From: Marsupella aquatica | Taxonomy: Eukaryota; Plantae; Marchantiophyta | DNA length: 64,000 bases | NCBI GenBank assembly: GCA_973895155.1 | Contig: OZ316899.1 | Location: 1,697,573-1,761,572 of the forward strand | Direction: 5' to 3' | Part shown: positions 13,825 to 25,287 of the stretch, piece after piece | Layout of the letters: the number at the start of each line of letters is the position of its first letter | Position numbering within the stretch: the first letter of the stretch is position 1 | Made by a program: the position numbers and the translations under genes | The notes under the pieces: generated by a model | Seen by the model: the letters and a program-made list of their open reading frames with translations, nothing else | Databases searched by the model: none | Told to the model about the DNA's origin: nothing

Positions 13825-16800
13825 TTGTCAGGCAGAGATGATTTTCTCAAGCCTTTTCAGAATACTCGGGAAAAAGTGTTTGTAGACCTCGACTCTCCCC
13901 CGGGGCAAGGAACAAATCTTGACGCCTCTGGTTCTGGGTTTACCACTCTTGAGGATACTAATTCTGTTTTTGGAAGTTGTTCTACAGAATTGAAAGTAGA
14001 GACTCCTCTTCCAAGTGCTCCGGTTGGCCATCTTTTGCAGAAAGTCTACAGAATTGGTGCGCTTGAAGCATTTTTGAGCATTACTGGGGCTAGTGAGCTG
14101 GCACGATTTAGAAGAGATGTCTCTTGGGTTGATGTCCAAGTTGATCGTCTTCCGACAAGTTACAATGGAGACATGGTATATGAGCTTCCTCCAGTGGAGT
14201 CAAGATTTGGTCGCGGTCAAGGGCTTCTCGACATGGACCGTGACAATGATGGCTACCCTTGGACCCGATTGGTCACCACTTCGGCTAACGTGAAGCCACG
14301 TACGTAATCACTGGTCTATTTTCAAGGTCCGTTGCAGTGGTGTTGTGCAATGTCAAAATTTGAATTGTTCAAGGTTCAAGGAGACAGGAGTGAAAAATGG
14401 AGCGGCATTTCCAGGAAGATCACTTATGACCGATATCTTCAAGCCAGGAAACCTGGTTCCGGAAGGAGGTTTGGTTTGTGGGTTTTGTGATGAGAGACCT
14501 TATTGTGTCAGACCTTGTCCAGCAATGATGTTTTATGTTTATGCAAAGCCAAATTTGGACTCTCATGTCTCCAAACACATGTCTAGACTTGCAGTCCACA
14601 TGGGAGTTCATGATCATCCGATCCGGACGGGGAAGTGTCGAGTTGCAAAAAAAAAGTGGAAGATGTTATTCAAGGCGTTCAGTTAGCACATCCCTTGGCA
14701 ACCCCTTCCCGTGTGAAGAATATTTCAATAGGTACATTGATATCGCTTCTCCACCCTGAGGCATGTTATGATCTTTCAAAAGAAGAGGAGGTGGAATTGT
14801 GGAACTCAATGAAAGTTGTGTCACTAGAAACTGCATGGCGTTTAATGTTGGAAGTCGCTGCTAAGAACGGTATTTCCAATGTAAACATAGCTGGTTTTAT
14901 GGCTGACAATGCTGAAGCTGGATGGATTGTTGTGAGAAATGTTTTCTTTGATGGTGTTCGTCTCCCTGAGAAAGAACACAGTGATGCATTCCATTTCTCT
15001 CAGTCACTAAGACGTCATACCATGGAGGGAATTCGTGAAGCGAAACACTCCGAGCATTACAAAATGTGGGAGAAATTTAGGAATGCACCCACATATGTTC
15101 AGGCATACAGAGTGGCAAACGATATTCAAGAGTGGTGGAAGTGTGGAAATTGTCACCCTGGGAAATTGAGATCTTTGCAAGGCTGGATTTCTTGGTGGGT
15201 TGTCCGATGGCGACAATGGGGAAACTTCTTCAGGCTGGTAAGTAAACCATGTTTTTTTGGCTAGCGATGTCGCTAGCATTCTGTTCTTGTTTGAATGTAA
15301 TCTTGAAATCAAGTTTGTGCCTCCCAATGATTGTGTTTGTTTTTGGTTGGACTTCAGACTCAAACAGCAAAGGAGTCAGCGTTGATGCCAAATTGTACTG
15401 GAGTTGAATCTGTACATGGTTCAATGAGAGCTTGTCAAATGAAGAAGAAGATTGGACTGCTAGAAGCTTGTGAACTTGATCAAAATCGTGCTGGTGGGCA
15501 GATTGCTGCCTTTGCTGCATACATTGATGGATGCCACAGGGGACACGGACCTACCATATTTGAACTTGCATATAGGAATGCAGATACACTAGGATCCCTT
15601 GATGCTTTTGAGAAAGCAACCAATCTTCTACTTGAATCATCTCCAAAATATGATTTCCATCGCACTCAACCACTTCATGGAGATCTATGCACAAAGTCTG
15701 GAAAACGAAAAGGCCAGGCTTTGGCTAGAGTTGGTGCTGAAGATTCTCATCGACATGATAAGGTGATGCAGACGGAGACGGTGACAAGGGGCGTACATCC
15801 AAGAAATTTATATTTTGATTTCAGGAGTGTCAATGTCGTGGAAGAGAGGGATGAGTTGAAGGAAACTTCGGGCATACCCCATCCTTCAACATTCTCTAAT
15901 TGTCCAGATCCGTCCGTTGTGATTCTTCTTTCCGATAACGAAGGGAATGGCACTGAGAGCTCAGGAGATGACACTTTGGAAATTCCTAAACCATTGCCCC
16001 GCCAACATGTATCTCCTGTTCGTCCAGAGGAACCAGTTTATGTTTCACCGAGGCAAATTCCTGCGATAAATGAAGTTGATGTCCCATTTGGTACTTGGCA
16101 CTTAAGGCGGTGCGGTAAAGGAAATGGTCCAGTGTGCAATGGGTCTTTGGATCGGACCATTTCTGGAAGAGATGAGTGTCGAAACTTCATCAAAGAAGTA
16201 GGTTATCATACTCGGTCTTGCGGTGTGGTTGGGGTAGCAATCCATGGTTTGAGGATGACTTCACCACATCCTCAACTCTTATACTTCTGCCCAAACAATG
16301 TCTGTCACAAGACCAGGGGTCGCAAGTCAATTGCCCAACTTCCCGTAGTACCCTCATCTCTAAAAGTTCTTCGAGGGACAGAGTTAACTCCTCATGAAAT
16401 CAGCTTCTTGCTTGGCTTGGGTTTTCAGATTGATGGTCTCTATTACATGGATTGTGAACCAGATGGCAGTGTTGCTCCTCCAGGTCGTGTGGAACTTTGA
16501 ATTGACGTTAACTCTTTCCCAGAAAAGGTTGATGTAAACTATTTGAATAGACGACTCAGGACACGAAATGGAAAGGGTGCTCGTCAACGTTTCAACTTCA
16601 CTGCAGAACTTGTTAAAAGGATTCAGTCTGCAAATGAAGAGCAAATGAGGATTGTGAGAAGATCATCCAAGGAAATGGATGGGGAAGACAGTTTTTGATT
16701 GCGACGCATGAAAATAACCCTAGTAAATGTAGTAAATATTGGATTCAGTTGTGCGTCTTCCCATGTTGCTCCTGTGAGGATTTCTATAAGCGGCATTCGC

Positions 16801-16949
16801 ATGGAAAGCCTTACATGTCTTGTAAACATATTCTTTGGGTTTACAAGAATGTTTACCATTTGAACCTAGAGACTTCCAATGTAGTCAAGCAGCCTGTTTT
16901 AACTGTCGCTGAAGTTTCCGATCTGATCCAAAGGGGAGTTGAGGTTTGA
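13825..16949 (+). pseudogene. MULE-like transposase with N-terminal GCM/WRKY-like zinc domain and C-terminal SWIM finger; frameshifted, core apparently partly deleted
   Basis: DGYPW, RCSGVVQC and GVHDHP (GCM-like); FMADNAEAG..VRNVF, DAFHFSQSL and TGVESVH (MULE D, C/DxxH, E); CSCEDF..CKHILWVY (SWIM). Intron 15239-15357; frameshifts at the ACGT duplication (14298-14305) and the A-run near 14646. Confidence 0.82.
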
Positions 16950-17689
16950 GATTGTCCAATTTAGAGTGAGGTTTGGTTTTAATTTAAGGTTTTCATTGGT
17001 TTTTTATATATATTTAAGTACCGTTGGGAGTAGACGTTTTTTGTGCTGGTAGGAGACATGATATTTCCACTCTATATGAAATGACCTTTAATTTATATAT
17101 AAAACACCAGATATTGGTTGATCAGTTTTGCTAGCGAGGTCGCTAGCTATATTTTTGGAAAAGTTTGTAACTGGTTGATGTTTGGACCCTGGTTTGTTAC
17201 TCACTGAGAAAACAGTCATTTTGCCCCGATAAGGTTGGATATCATGTCTTTATAGACTTGGCTTTTTTAATAGTTGGCAGTTCTCCCTGAAATTACTGCC
17301 AACCTTGTAAGTTGGTTATGGTGCCAATTTTGTATGTTTATCTGAGATACCGATGACTCCCAATGTCCAGACCCATATTCAAATTGAAAGTTAAACTCAT
17401 TTCCAAGTGCTTTGGTGATGATCTTTATGTCTATTTCGGTGTCCGACTTGTTCTAAAAAAAAGTTACATTGACATACTTAACTCGAAAGGTTTATTAGGG
17501 AAATAGTAATGATTCAAATATGAACAGACTGTTGGATGGGTTTTTGCTAGCGAGGCTTGCTGTTACTAGCGGCCAACAAGTTCAAACCTTGGTATGAGGA
17601 AAAACAGACCCATTACAAGGAGTTTTTTTACTCGCAACAGCAAAAAAATTACTGTTACAAGAAGATTTTTTCCTGTTTCCTCGCATGGT

Positions 17690-18451
17690 AGTCATACCCC
17701 TTTGGCCTCTTCCTCCCTGGTATGAGCTTCTTCCTCCATGTTGGAAGGAGTTGCCACGTCCACAGTAGGTTTGTCGTCCTCTATTGTTCCCTCTCCCTCC
17801 AAATGAATTGTTAGATCCACGTCTTGATGTGTTGAAATGGGTTTCGGGATTCGCTTGTGGAGGTAGAGTGTCGGGTGGTCGTTGCTTTGTATTTTGCAGC
17901 AGCAAGATCTGATATTTTTCTGCTAACAACATATGCGCGATTAACTCTGAATATGTTGTGAATCTCATATTCCGGTATTGTGTGGATATTACCAGGTTCG
18001 TTGAGTGAAAAGTTGAAAGGGTCTTCTCAATTTGTTCTTCTTCATTAATCGGGTGGCCACAGATTGCCAATTGCGAAACAATGCAAAACAATTCGTTGTT
18101 GTATTCTGCAATCGTCTTGTAATCCTGTACACGTAGGTTAATCCAATCGTGCCACGCTGCAGGGAGGAAGATAGTGCGGGTGTGGTCAAATCTGGCGTGG
18201 AGATCATCCCAAAGTACTCTAGGATTATATGCATTCATATATTGGCGTTTCAAGGAATCGGCAAGATGATGGCAAATCAGGATTAGAGCCTTTGCCTTCT
18301 CTTGTAGTGTGGGGCCATTGTCCATCAAAATTGTATCCTCTAGGTTCTTAGATGCAAGGTGGGCCTCAACATCTAGTGTCCAAGACAAGAAATTAGAGCC
18401 ATCAATGCATAGTGCTTGGAAGTAAAGTTTCTCCATGGTGTTAGTAGTCAT
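17690..18451 (-). CDS. Bianca-type copia gag, N-terminal part (truncated by the DNA transposon insertion)
   Basis: ALCIDGSNFLSWTLDVEAHL..EKAKALILICHHL..LWDDLHARFDH..W..LRVQDYK..EKTLSTFH..QYR..YSELI..LLAE fits the Bianca gag pattern; the ORF tail after 17685 is read into the TIR. Confidence 0.88.
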
Positions 18452-18790
18452 TGTGCCCGGATTTAGATTTACGTTGGGGAGTAGGCCTTCACCGCTCAGT
18501 TATGTCTGGTGATGTTTAACTATTGGCAGTTCCTCTGCCTATAATCAATGTGGGGAATTTTTCTCGGAGATTGTAGGATTGCAGCAATGGAATGATGCAA
18601 GAATTGATGAGGATTGATTATACCCAAATTCGCCTTTTGTCTTGACAAATCTGGTGTAGAATTACTGTCTATGGTTGGTAATGGGGTTCACAGACCTCTG
18701 GCTGAGATCTCCACTGATCTGCTTACACCCATCCAAAATCAAAGCTCTCCCAAATCAATGTCGCCCTTAGGAAAAAATTGATGAGCACCT

Positions 18791-18804
18791 TCGTGCTGAT
18801 AACG
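18791..18804 (-). promoter_or_regulatory. Primer binding site of the Bianca-type element
   Basis: Minus strand reads ...TGAACA|CGTTATCAGCACGA, the Bianca-type PBS directly after the LTR. Confidence 0.8.
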
Positions 18805-18935
18805 TGTTCAACATCACAATAATGTAAACGCTTTATTCATCTCCATCTATATACATAGTAGGTTGCTAAGGGAGTTGATTGTGTAACCGCCTTAGTCCTA
18901 ACCTTTGAGTAGACCTAACCTAAGGGGTTATAACA
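18805..18935 (-). repeat. 5' LTR (131 bp) of the copia element
   Basis: TG...CA ends, TATATA-like box and AATAAA on the minus strand, adjacent to the PBS; partner LTR not seen. Confidence 0.72.
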
Positions 18936-19118
18936 AAGTCATCATTGTATTCAGAAATTCACATTCCAACATTCACAAGCCCTAGTATAGAACAATTGAA
19001 AAAACAGAAGTCTTTATGATGAAGTGATAGAAAGTACACATTTTTTCACTCGCATGAGTGAAACAATGGTAACCAAAATATTCAAAAATTCTCTGTTCTA
19101 CATGATCAGAGAAAATGT

Positions 19119-22100
19119 TCAACACTTCCGAAGAAACCTAGCATTCCACAATGTATTCATTCCTAACACATTCCGTAAGTAGAGTTGTTTCTCTTCTTTG
19201 TTGGGCATTGGCAATGCTGCATCACCACAATACACTGCCTTAATTGATACTCGCACCCAAGGACTCTCAATCATGACACAATGAAATTTATCCTCTCCTG
19301 GTAACCCTGTCATTTCACCTCTAGCAACAACTATAGAGCGATCCACAACGCTTCGTACTTCTACAACATCTCCTTTTGAAAACTGCCACACAAAATTGTT
19401 AGGAAAAAATACTGTCTCGTAGTACTGATTTGGGCATATCATCAATTTAAGAACATAAGCCAACTAGAAACAAATTCACGTTTGCTGCTGGATTTGGGAA
19501 GAGAACTGGTCCTTGTTCACTAGGTGAGATAGTGATAGGGGTTGATTTCTTGAATCTCTTTGAAGGCCTAGGTGGTGTAGCCTCTTGTTCCTGAATTGCA
19601 TTTGACACTATCTGTTCATCTGTGACAGCAATCTCATCACTCTCACCATTACCAATGCTGCTTTGTACAACGCAAGGTTCCTGCAGTGCTCCCAAATTTG
19701 CTTCTCCCATACTTGGCTTTGGCTTCTGCCTTGTGAAAGTATCTGATTTCTCTCGCTGTGATACAGGATTCTCCCCTGAAGAAGCTACCACAAAACCAAA
19801 CAATGAATGCTTAGAAAACTTCATTCTAAATTGAAAAATAAACTATTGCATATGTAATATGTTTAGAGTATAAGTTTGTATGTTCTTATCATCACCATCA
19901 CCTGAGAAAGTAAGAGAACGTTTCTTGCTACTACCTTTGGGCTCAACCGCCACCTTAGTAGCAATTGCATTTGATAATTGCATTTGAAACTGATTCTGTT
20001 GATTTTGTGCAATGAAAAAGGTCATCATAGATGTCAAATTATCCACTTTGAACTCAAGCTTGGTTAAATTCTCCACAGACTGTTCAAGCTTGAGTAATCG
20101 AGCTGGTTCCTCAATTGTAGTTTCCCTGGACAATGGAGTCTACATACACAAACACACCATACAATGTCAATCATCAATGATAATTTGAATATCATGGATA
20201 ACTGATAATCAAAATTGAATATATACACAGGTTTTCATTACATACCGCTGATCCATGTGCAGATCCAATTCCAACAAAACTATTGCCTCGATGTTCACCA
20301 CTGCCCATAGATGGACTGATCTGCACTGGGGGGACTGGACTACTAGACACAAGTTTTGATATAACAGGGCTTGTCGATCCTTTTGCTTTCTGGAAACACA
20401 TAATCACATTCAAAGCAATTAGAATATTAATGAGAACTCATCATGTCATTGTTTATTCCTGTACTAGATAAACACTTCAATTCAAATGACAGTCTAGACC
20501 TGTAGTGAGATGGACCATCTAAAGATTCCTACCAATCTTTTTTCTGCTCCAGCAGCCCCTCTTCTTCCAAAATGCTCTTTGTTCACCACTTCTGCCCTCC
20601 TTGCTTTCATCACAGCACTCCTTGCAAGCAAAGCAGGACTATCAAAATGATCCACCAGTCGTGCCCATTTCAATGGGTCAACATATTGAGGTCCTGGTTT
20701 GGAGCGATCACGTTTACATACATCCTTCCAATAAGTATTTAGTTTGTGACGTTCTCTTTTCAATAACGTCCGACAGTGACTAATAAATCTCTTGTCAGAC
20801 ATTGACTGCTTATCTGGATACTCCCAATCTGCCTCCATCAATTTATGCACATCCTCAATTATGTTTGGATCTTGTTTGTTGAGTAAAGCTACATCATCAG
20901 TTATCAGTGTTTTCCATCAGTCGACCTGATATCAGTCGCCACGTCATCTTAGAGAGGCTGCCAAGTTGGGGCGCCAAAAAAAAATGTGAAAAAAAACTTT
21001 TGCGCATCTCAGCTGACCTCGCCGAGATTGGCGTAAGGCCAAAAAAAATGAAAAAAAAAAATCAAACTTTTTTCCCAATAATTCTATAATAAAAAAAAAA
21101 TTCCCCAAAAATATTTTTTGCACTATGGGTGTCCGTACCGTACGGACATCGCTTCTCGGCGAGACCCGCCGAGATAGTCCGATGTCCGTACGGTACGGAC
21201 ACCGAATTTTGTCGGAATTTTTTTTAAGATTTTTTTTTTTAGAGAATTTTTGAAAAAAAAAATTTAATTTGTTTTCTTCGTTTTTTTTGTCCTTACGCCG
21301 ATCTGGGCGAGGTCAGCTGAGATCCTTACGCCGATCTCGGCGAGGTCAGCTGAGATGCGCGAAAGTGTGAAGGCCCTATCTCAGCTGCTCAGCTGAGATT
21401 CAGAAATTTCAAGGCGACCAAACTGATAACTGATTGGTATCAGTTATCAGCCACTGATAACTGATGATCCTCGCTACCCCTTGTTTGTTCCAATCAGGTT
21501 CTGATACATCAAAAAGCCTCAAGACATTAGCACGTAGCTCCTCCATCCAATATGGTTTATTGGAATGAGAATCATCAATATCATTGTCATGAATCTGAAA
21601 AAAAACACCACAAATGATAGTCATCAACATTGAGAATGAAACAAACACCTAATTGCTTCTGAGTACACAAACTGTAGGCCACAAATGTGAAATGTGCAAT
21701 GAAAATCTTACCGTTATCAATTTTCCCTTCTTATTGTCAGCCCTTCTTACACTACCGGTTCTCTGGAATTGTTTTTTGGCTTGCCTAGATTGCCTGCGTT
21801 GCTCTGTTGCAATCTTTCTTCCCTCTACATACACAATGAGCATCCAATATTGATCATCCACAATTGCAAAACGAGGGACAAGAAATATTACAATATAATA
21901 GGAGGACGCTTCATTGAATTTGACTTACCTGAACCCTGACTAGATGTCACTACTGTAGAGTGTCCAGATTTCCCAATCGATGTTGATGGAACCACCACTA
22001 TACACATGCAAACCACTGGAGTTATGAATCCAACATTCATATAGATCAACATTGAAAAATACATTGAAAATCTTTGAAATTACTTACATTCAAATAGCTG

Positions 22101-22700
22101 GCCAGTCACAGGGTCTTTGTAACATTGCACCATGCCACTCATGGAAGGTCCAACCTTTGTAGGGGTTTCTTTTGCATCTGCCAAGCTCTTAGATGGAGGT
22201 TGCAGATGGGCCTGTTCAGATCAAGTTAAAACCAATGTTATTAAACAGAATCACTACCAATGTCTATAGTTTCCTCATAATGTTGGTGAAATGTAATAGG
22301 AATATCACCTTGGATGAACTTTCTGGTTTCTCATCTTCACTGTACTCAGCATCAGTGTCATAATCTGATTCAGAGCCCTCATCACCAGACTCTGCCATAC
22401 TCATTGAGACAATTCTTGATAGTCTGGAGCTCTGTCTCCTCTGTGTGGTAACCTCACTTCTAGGAGTTCGACATGCACTTGTTTCCTTCTTGCGCCCTAC
22501 GGTCTGTGTTGCACCCAGTCTACATCAGAGAATATCAATGAATGAATGACAAGTACCAACAACCAACTCATATTGTTGATGAGCAATATTAACACATCTT
22601 TGCACATTCAAAACAACATGCAAGATTATACTCACATGAAATTGAAATTTTCTCCAAATATCTTCCTGAATTTTCTATTGTTGTCTGCTACCTTCTTATT
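19119..22700 (-). pseudogene. CACTA TnpA-like multi-exon gene (Ptta/Transposase_24-like and Tnp1-like domains)
   Basis: LLKRERHKL..W..LVDHF..S..MK.RR.EV..HFGRRG (20494..20850); VVARG..FHCV..WVRVSI..LPMPN..W (19119..19463); exon boundaries approximate. Confidence 0.7.
20881..21480. mobile_element. 600-bp foldback MITE, Mutator-type, inserted in a TnpA-like exon
   Basis: 9-10-bp TSD (C)TTGTTTGTT at 20871-20880 and 21480-21489; nested inverted repeats; removing 609 bp restores DVSEPDWNKQ|DPNIIEDV. Confidence 0.85.
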
Positions 22701-22817
22701 TCGTTCCTCCTCATATGGAGGTACTCGCTGCATTCACTGCTAGACCATGGCATGCCATGTTAGTATGATCCCACTACCAACTAAATGAAACCGGACTGTA
22801 CAGTATCTTCAAACCAT

Positions 22818-25287
22818 TCATTTCCTTTTATACTTTCTTTTTCCTTTGTCTGTAGTACTTGGTCCAGGCTCTTGTCTAGTTATATAGGTTTTTGCCAACT
22901 CTATGTGAAACTTAGCATTGTCATCCATAGTATCATGGAAATCAACTTCCATGTAATCACCCAACACCCTTGTAGACTTGGATTCCTTGTGGAGGATTGT
23001 CCTCCATGCAATCCCCTTATCATTTGGGTAAAAAAACACCTGTTCTATCTGTCGTGGCAATACATAGTCCATTTTCTTGGAAGCACCCAGCTCCTTCTGA
23101 AGATTTACTTGCCACAATCCAGACGCATCATATCTCATACTTGCTGTGGCTTTGGGAGTCCAAGATGGGTTTGCCCACCTTCCTTTGAAAAGGACCACTT
23201 CCTTTATCAGAGGCCCATAGTTCAGCACTAAGATGTATGTCAACACCCCCACATATTGTACAGATTCATCTATTGTTGCCCCTGACCTAAGGACCCGCTT
23301 CTCAGTGAATGTACAAGCCATCCCAGAATCAAAAGTCTTGAACCCAGATGAGTCACAATCAATCAAGGAACCTAGTGATGGAATGGTCCTCCAATGGTGC
23401 CCATAGGCTCTGCAAGCCCTATACCATAGTGCCTTCAGACTAGGTGGTACACCATACGCTGCCAACACCATTCGTACAAACTCATTCTCAAAATTATGCC
23501 TTCTAATTGTCACTTCAAACCATTCTCTAAAAGGAGGCAACTCGTCCAAATCAGAGGGATAAGGCACAGGATTCCTCCGATTTCTTGGATTCTTCATCCA
23601 TTCTTTCCGGAAATTTGCTCTGTGCTTGGTAACTGCCTCCTTTTGATCATCATAAACCCTGCATGGCAAGAATGACAGTCAGCTCCTAGGCCCACACAAT
23701 TTCTGCTCAAAACTCAATTTTGTTTAATAATAAACAACAGAGAACTTAACAATATAAACCATGCTCATACCTATACCATGGTTCCACCAGCTCTTCATTC
23801 TCCAGTATGTAATGATGCATAGCTATCATATCATTCCACTCCAAGGTGATCTATTTTCCAGCTCCTTCCAAGACAATGCCTGCAACACCAGGATTCTCCT
23901 CCAAGTCCCATGTTCTCATTCCTGTCCCCTTAACATCGATCATGTATTCATAAAGGAATCCTAAAGATTCATCTAGAAGGTAGCCTTCAGCCATAGAAGC
24001 CTCTGGACGTGCCTTGTTTTGAACATAACCCTTCAAGGTCTTTAGATATCTTTCTATTGGGTACATCCATCTAATGTTCACTGGACCACAGATGTCTAGT
24101 TGCTGAACCAGATGAATCAACAGATGGGTCATGACATCAAAGAAGCTTGGTGGGAAATGAATTTCCATAAGGTAGAGTGTGAATGCAACATCCATCATCA
24201 CAGAGTCGTACTGTGAGGGATCCCAAACCTTGGCACAGATGGTACGCCACACATTGCTCACTCTGGCTATGGCCAACCAAACACCTTCATCAAGTAATCC
24301 CATTGTTGCCAATGGAAGGATTTGTTGCATGAGGTGATGGAAATCGTGAGATTTCAACCTTGATAACTTCTTCTTAACTGTGACACATTTAGCCAAAGAA
24401 CTGTTGAACCAGTGGGCCCTTTAAAGGTCAACAATACCTCTAAGAACTTAGTCTTCTCTGTCTTACTGAGGCAGTATGGGGCTGGCGGCATGATCTTTGA
24501 ATCTTTTTTTGGATCTGGATTTGGAACCAACCACAAGTTTTTCCGCACGTCCATGACTTTCATGTCTTCTCGAATAGAAGGAGTATCCTTTGTCCCCAAA
24601 ATAGTGTGCACAATGTTGTGTGCAAGATTCTTCTCACAGTGCATGGGATCCAAACAATGGTTGATGAGAAGTTTCTACATTGGACGCACAGTTCAGTACA
24701 AACTAAGTTAGAATAAGAAATGTTACTCTTTGCTACTTAACATTAATACACACTGAGGGATTCAGTATGGGAAACCAGATACTTACACTCCAGTACGGCA
24801 GCTTGTATAATCCAGTAACCCTCTTCACTCCATTCTTCTTTACTGGAGAGTTTTCATCATCCAGCGCATTCCCTGGTTTCTTCTCCACATATTTAGCGGC
24901 CTTTTCTCCCCAACGTTTCCTATCAGAGCTAGACACTCTACACGGTGCAGCTCGTGCCTCTACCTACCATTAAAGTATTTTTCCACTTCCTCTTTGCAAA
25001 AATAGTGCCTCTGTGGTAACCAGCAACGATGGCCAACAAGCAGTAACTTGCCCAACTATTTTGAACCATGTGCCACACAATTTGGCCCACAAACCACACA
25101 TCCTTTGTACCCTGCATGTTGTTGGCCAGAGACTAATCCATATGCAGGATAATCATTGATTGTCCACAATACTGAAGCCCTTAGCTTGAACTCTTGCTGC
25201 AATCCTAGCCTTGGTAGAACATCAAAACAATCTACTCCTTCTGACCATAATGTCTCAAGATCATCCACAAGTGGAGCCATGTATACA
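22818..25287 (-). pseudogene. CACTA TnpD/Tnp2 transposase, C-terminal two thirds
   Basis: APLVDDLETLW..LWTINDYPAYG; DPMHCEKN; LKSHDFHHLMQ; FPPSFFDVMTHLLIHL; RWMYPIERYLK.LK.YV.N.ARPEAS; FKGRW..QVFF. Confidence 0.92.

Larger units (their letters stand above)
7850..17563. promoter_or_regulatory. Dispersed 18-bp palindrome GCYAGCGA-NN-TCGCTRGC; putative binding site for an element-encoded protein
   Basis: Full or near-full copies at 7955, 12769, 13022, 13180, 13388, 15260, 17130; degenerate copies at 9215 and 17546; half-site at 7850; all non-coding. Confidence 0.75.
7811..17684. mobile_element. 9874-bp DNA transposon, MULE-like (GCM-MULE-SWIM transposase) with an accessory ParB/methyltransferase-like gene
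   Basis: Perfect 14-bp TIR GCGAGGAAACAGGA (7811-7824) / TCCTGTTTCCTCGC (17671-17684), imperfectly extendable. Flanks carry a direct repeat ATGGT (7806-7810, 17685-17689). Removing it restores the copia frame (RGMTT|IQTPKPKE). Confidence 0.92.
3430..18935 (-). mobile_element. Ty1/copia LTR retrotransposon, Bianca-type; interrupted by the 7811-17684 DNA transposon; 3' LTR not in window
   Basis: Bianca-type gag, PBS CGTTATCAGCACGA, short TG..CA LTR, and RNase H motifs GYADAGY-SDP and NHSEIIALYEAS. Confidence 0.9.
18936..25287 (-). mobile_element. CACTA/EnSpm element 1 (partial): TnpD/Tnp2 followed by TnpA-like gene
   Basis: Transposase_21-, DUF4218- and DUF4216-like ORFs followed by Ptta-like and Tnp1-like ORFs; cut by the copia LTR on the left and an LTR-like segment on the right. 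Confidence 0.88.

Noticed and set aside
17582-17689. C-terminal tail of the gag ORF (MRGNRKKSS...HTKV)
   Set aside because: Read-through into the TIR of the inserted transposon; the true gag continues at 7805
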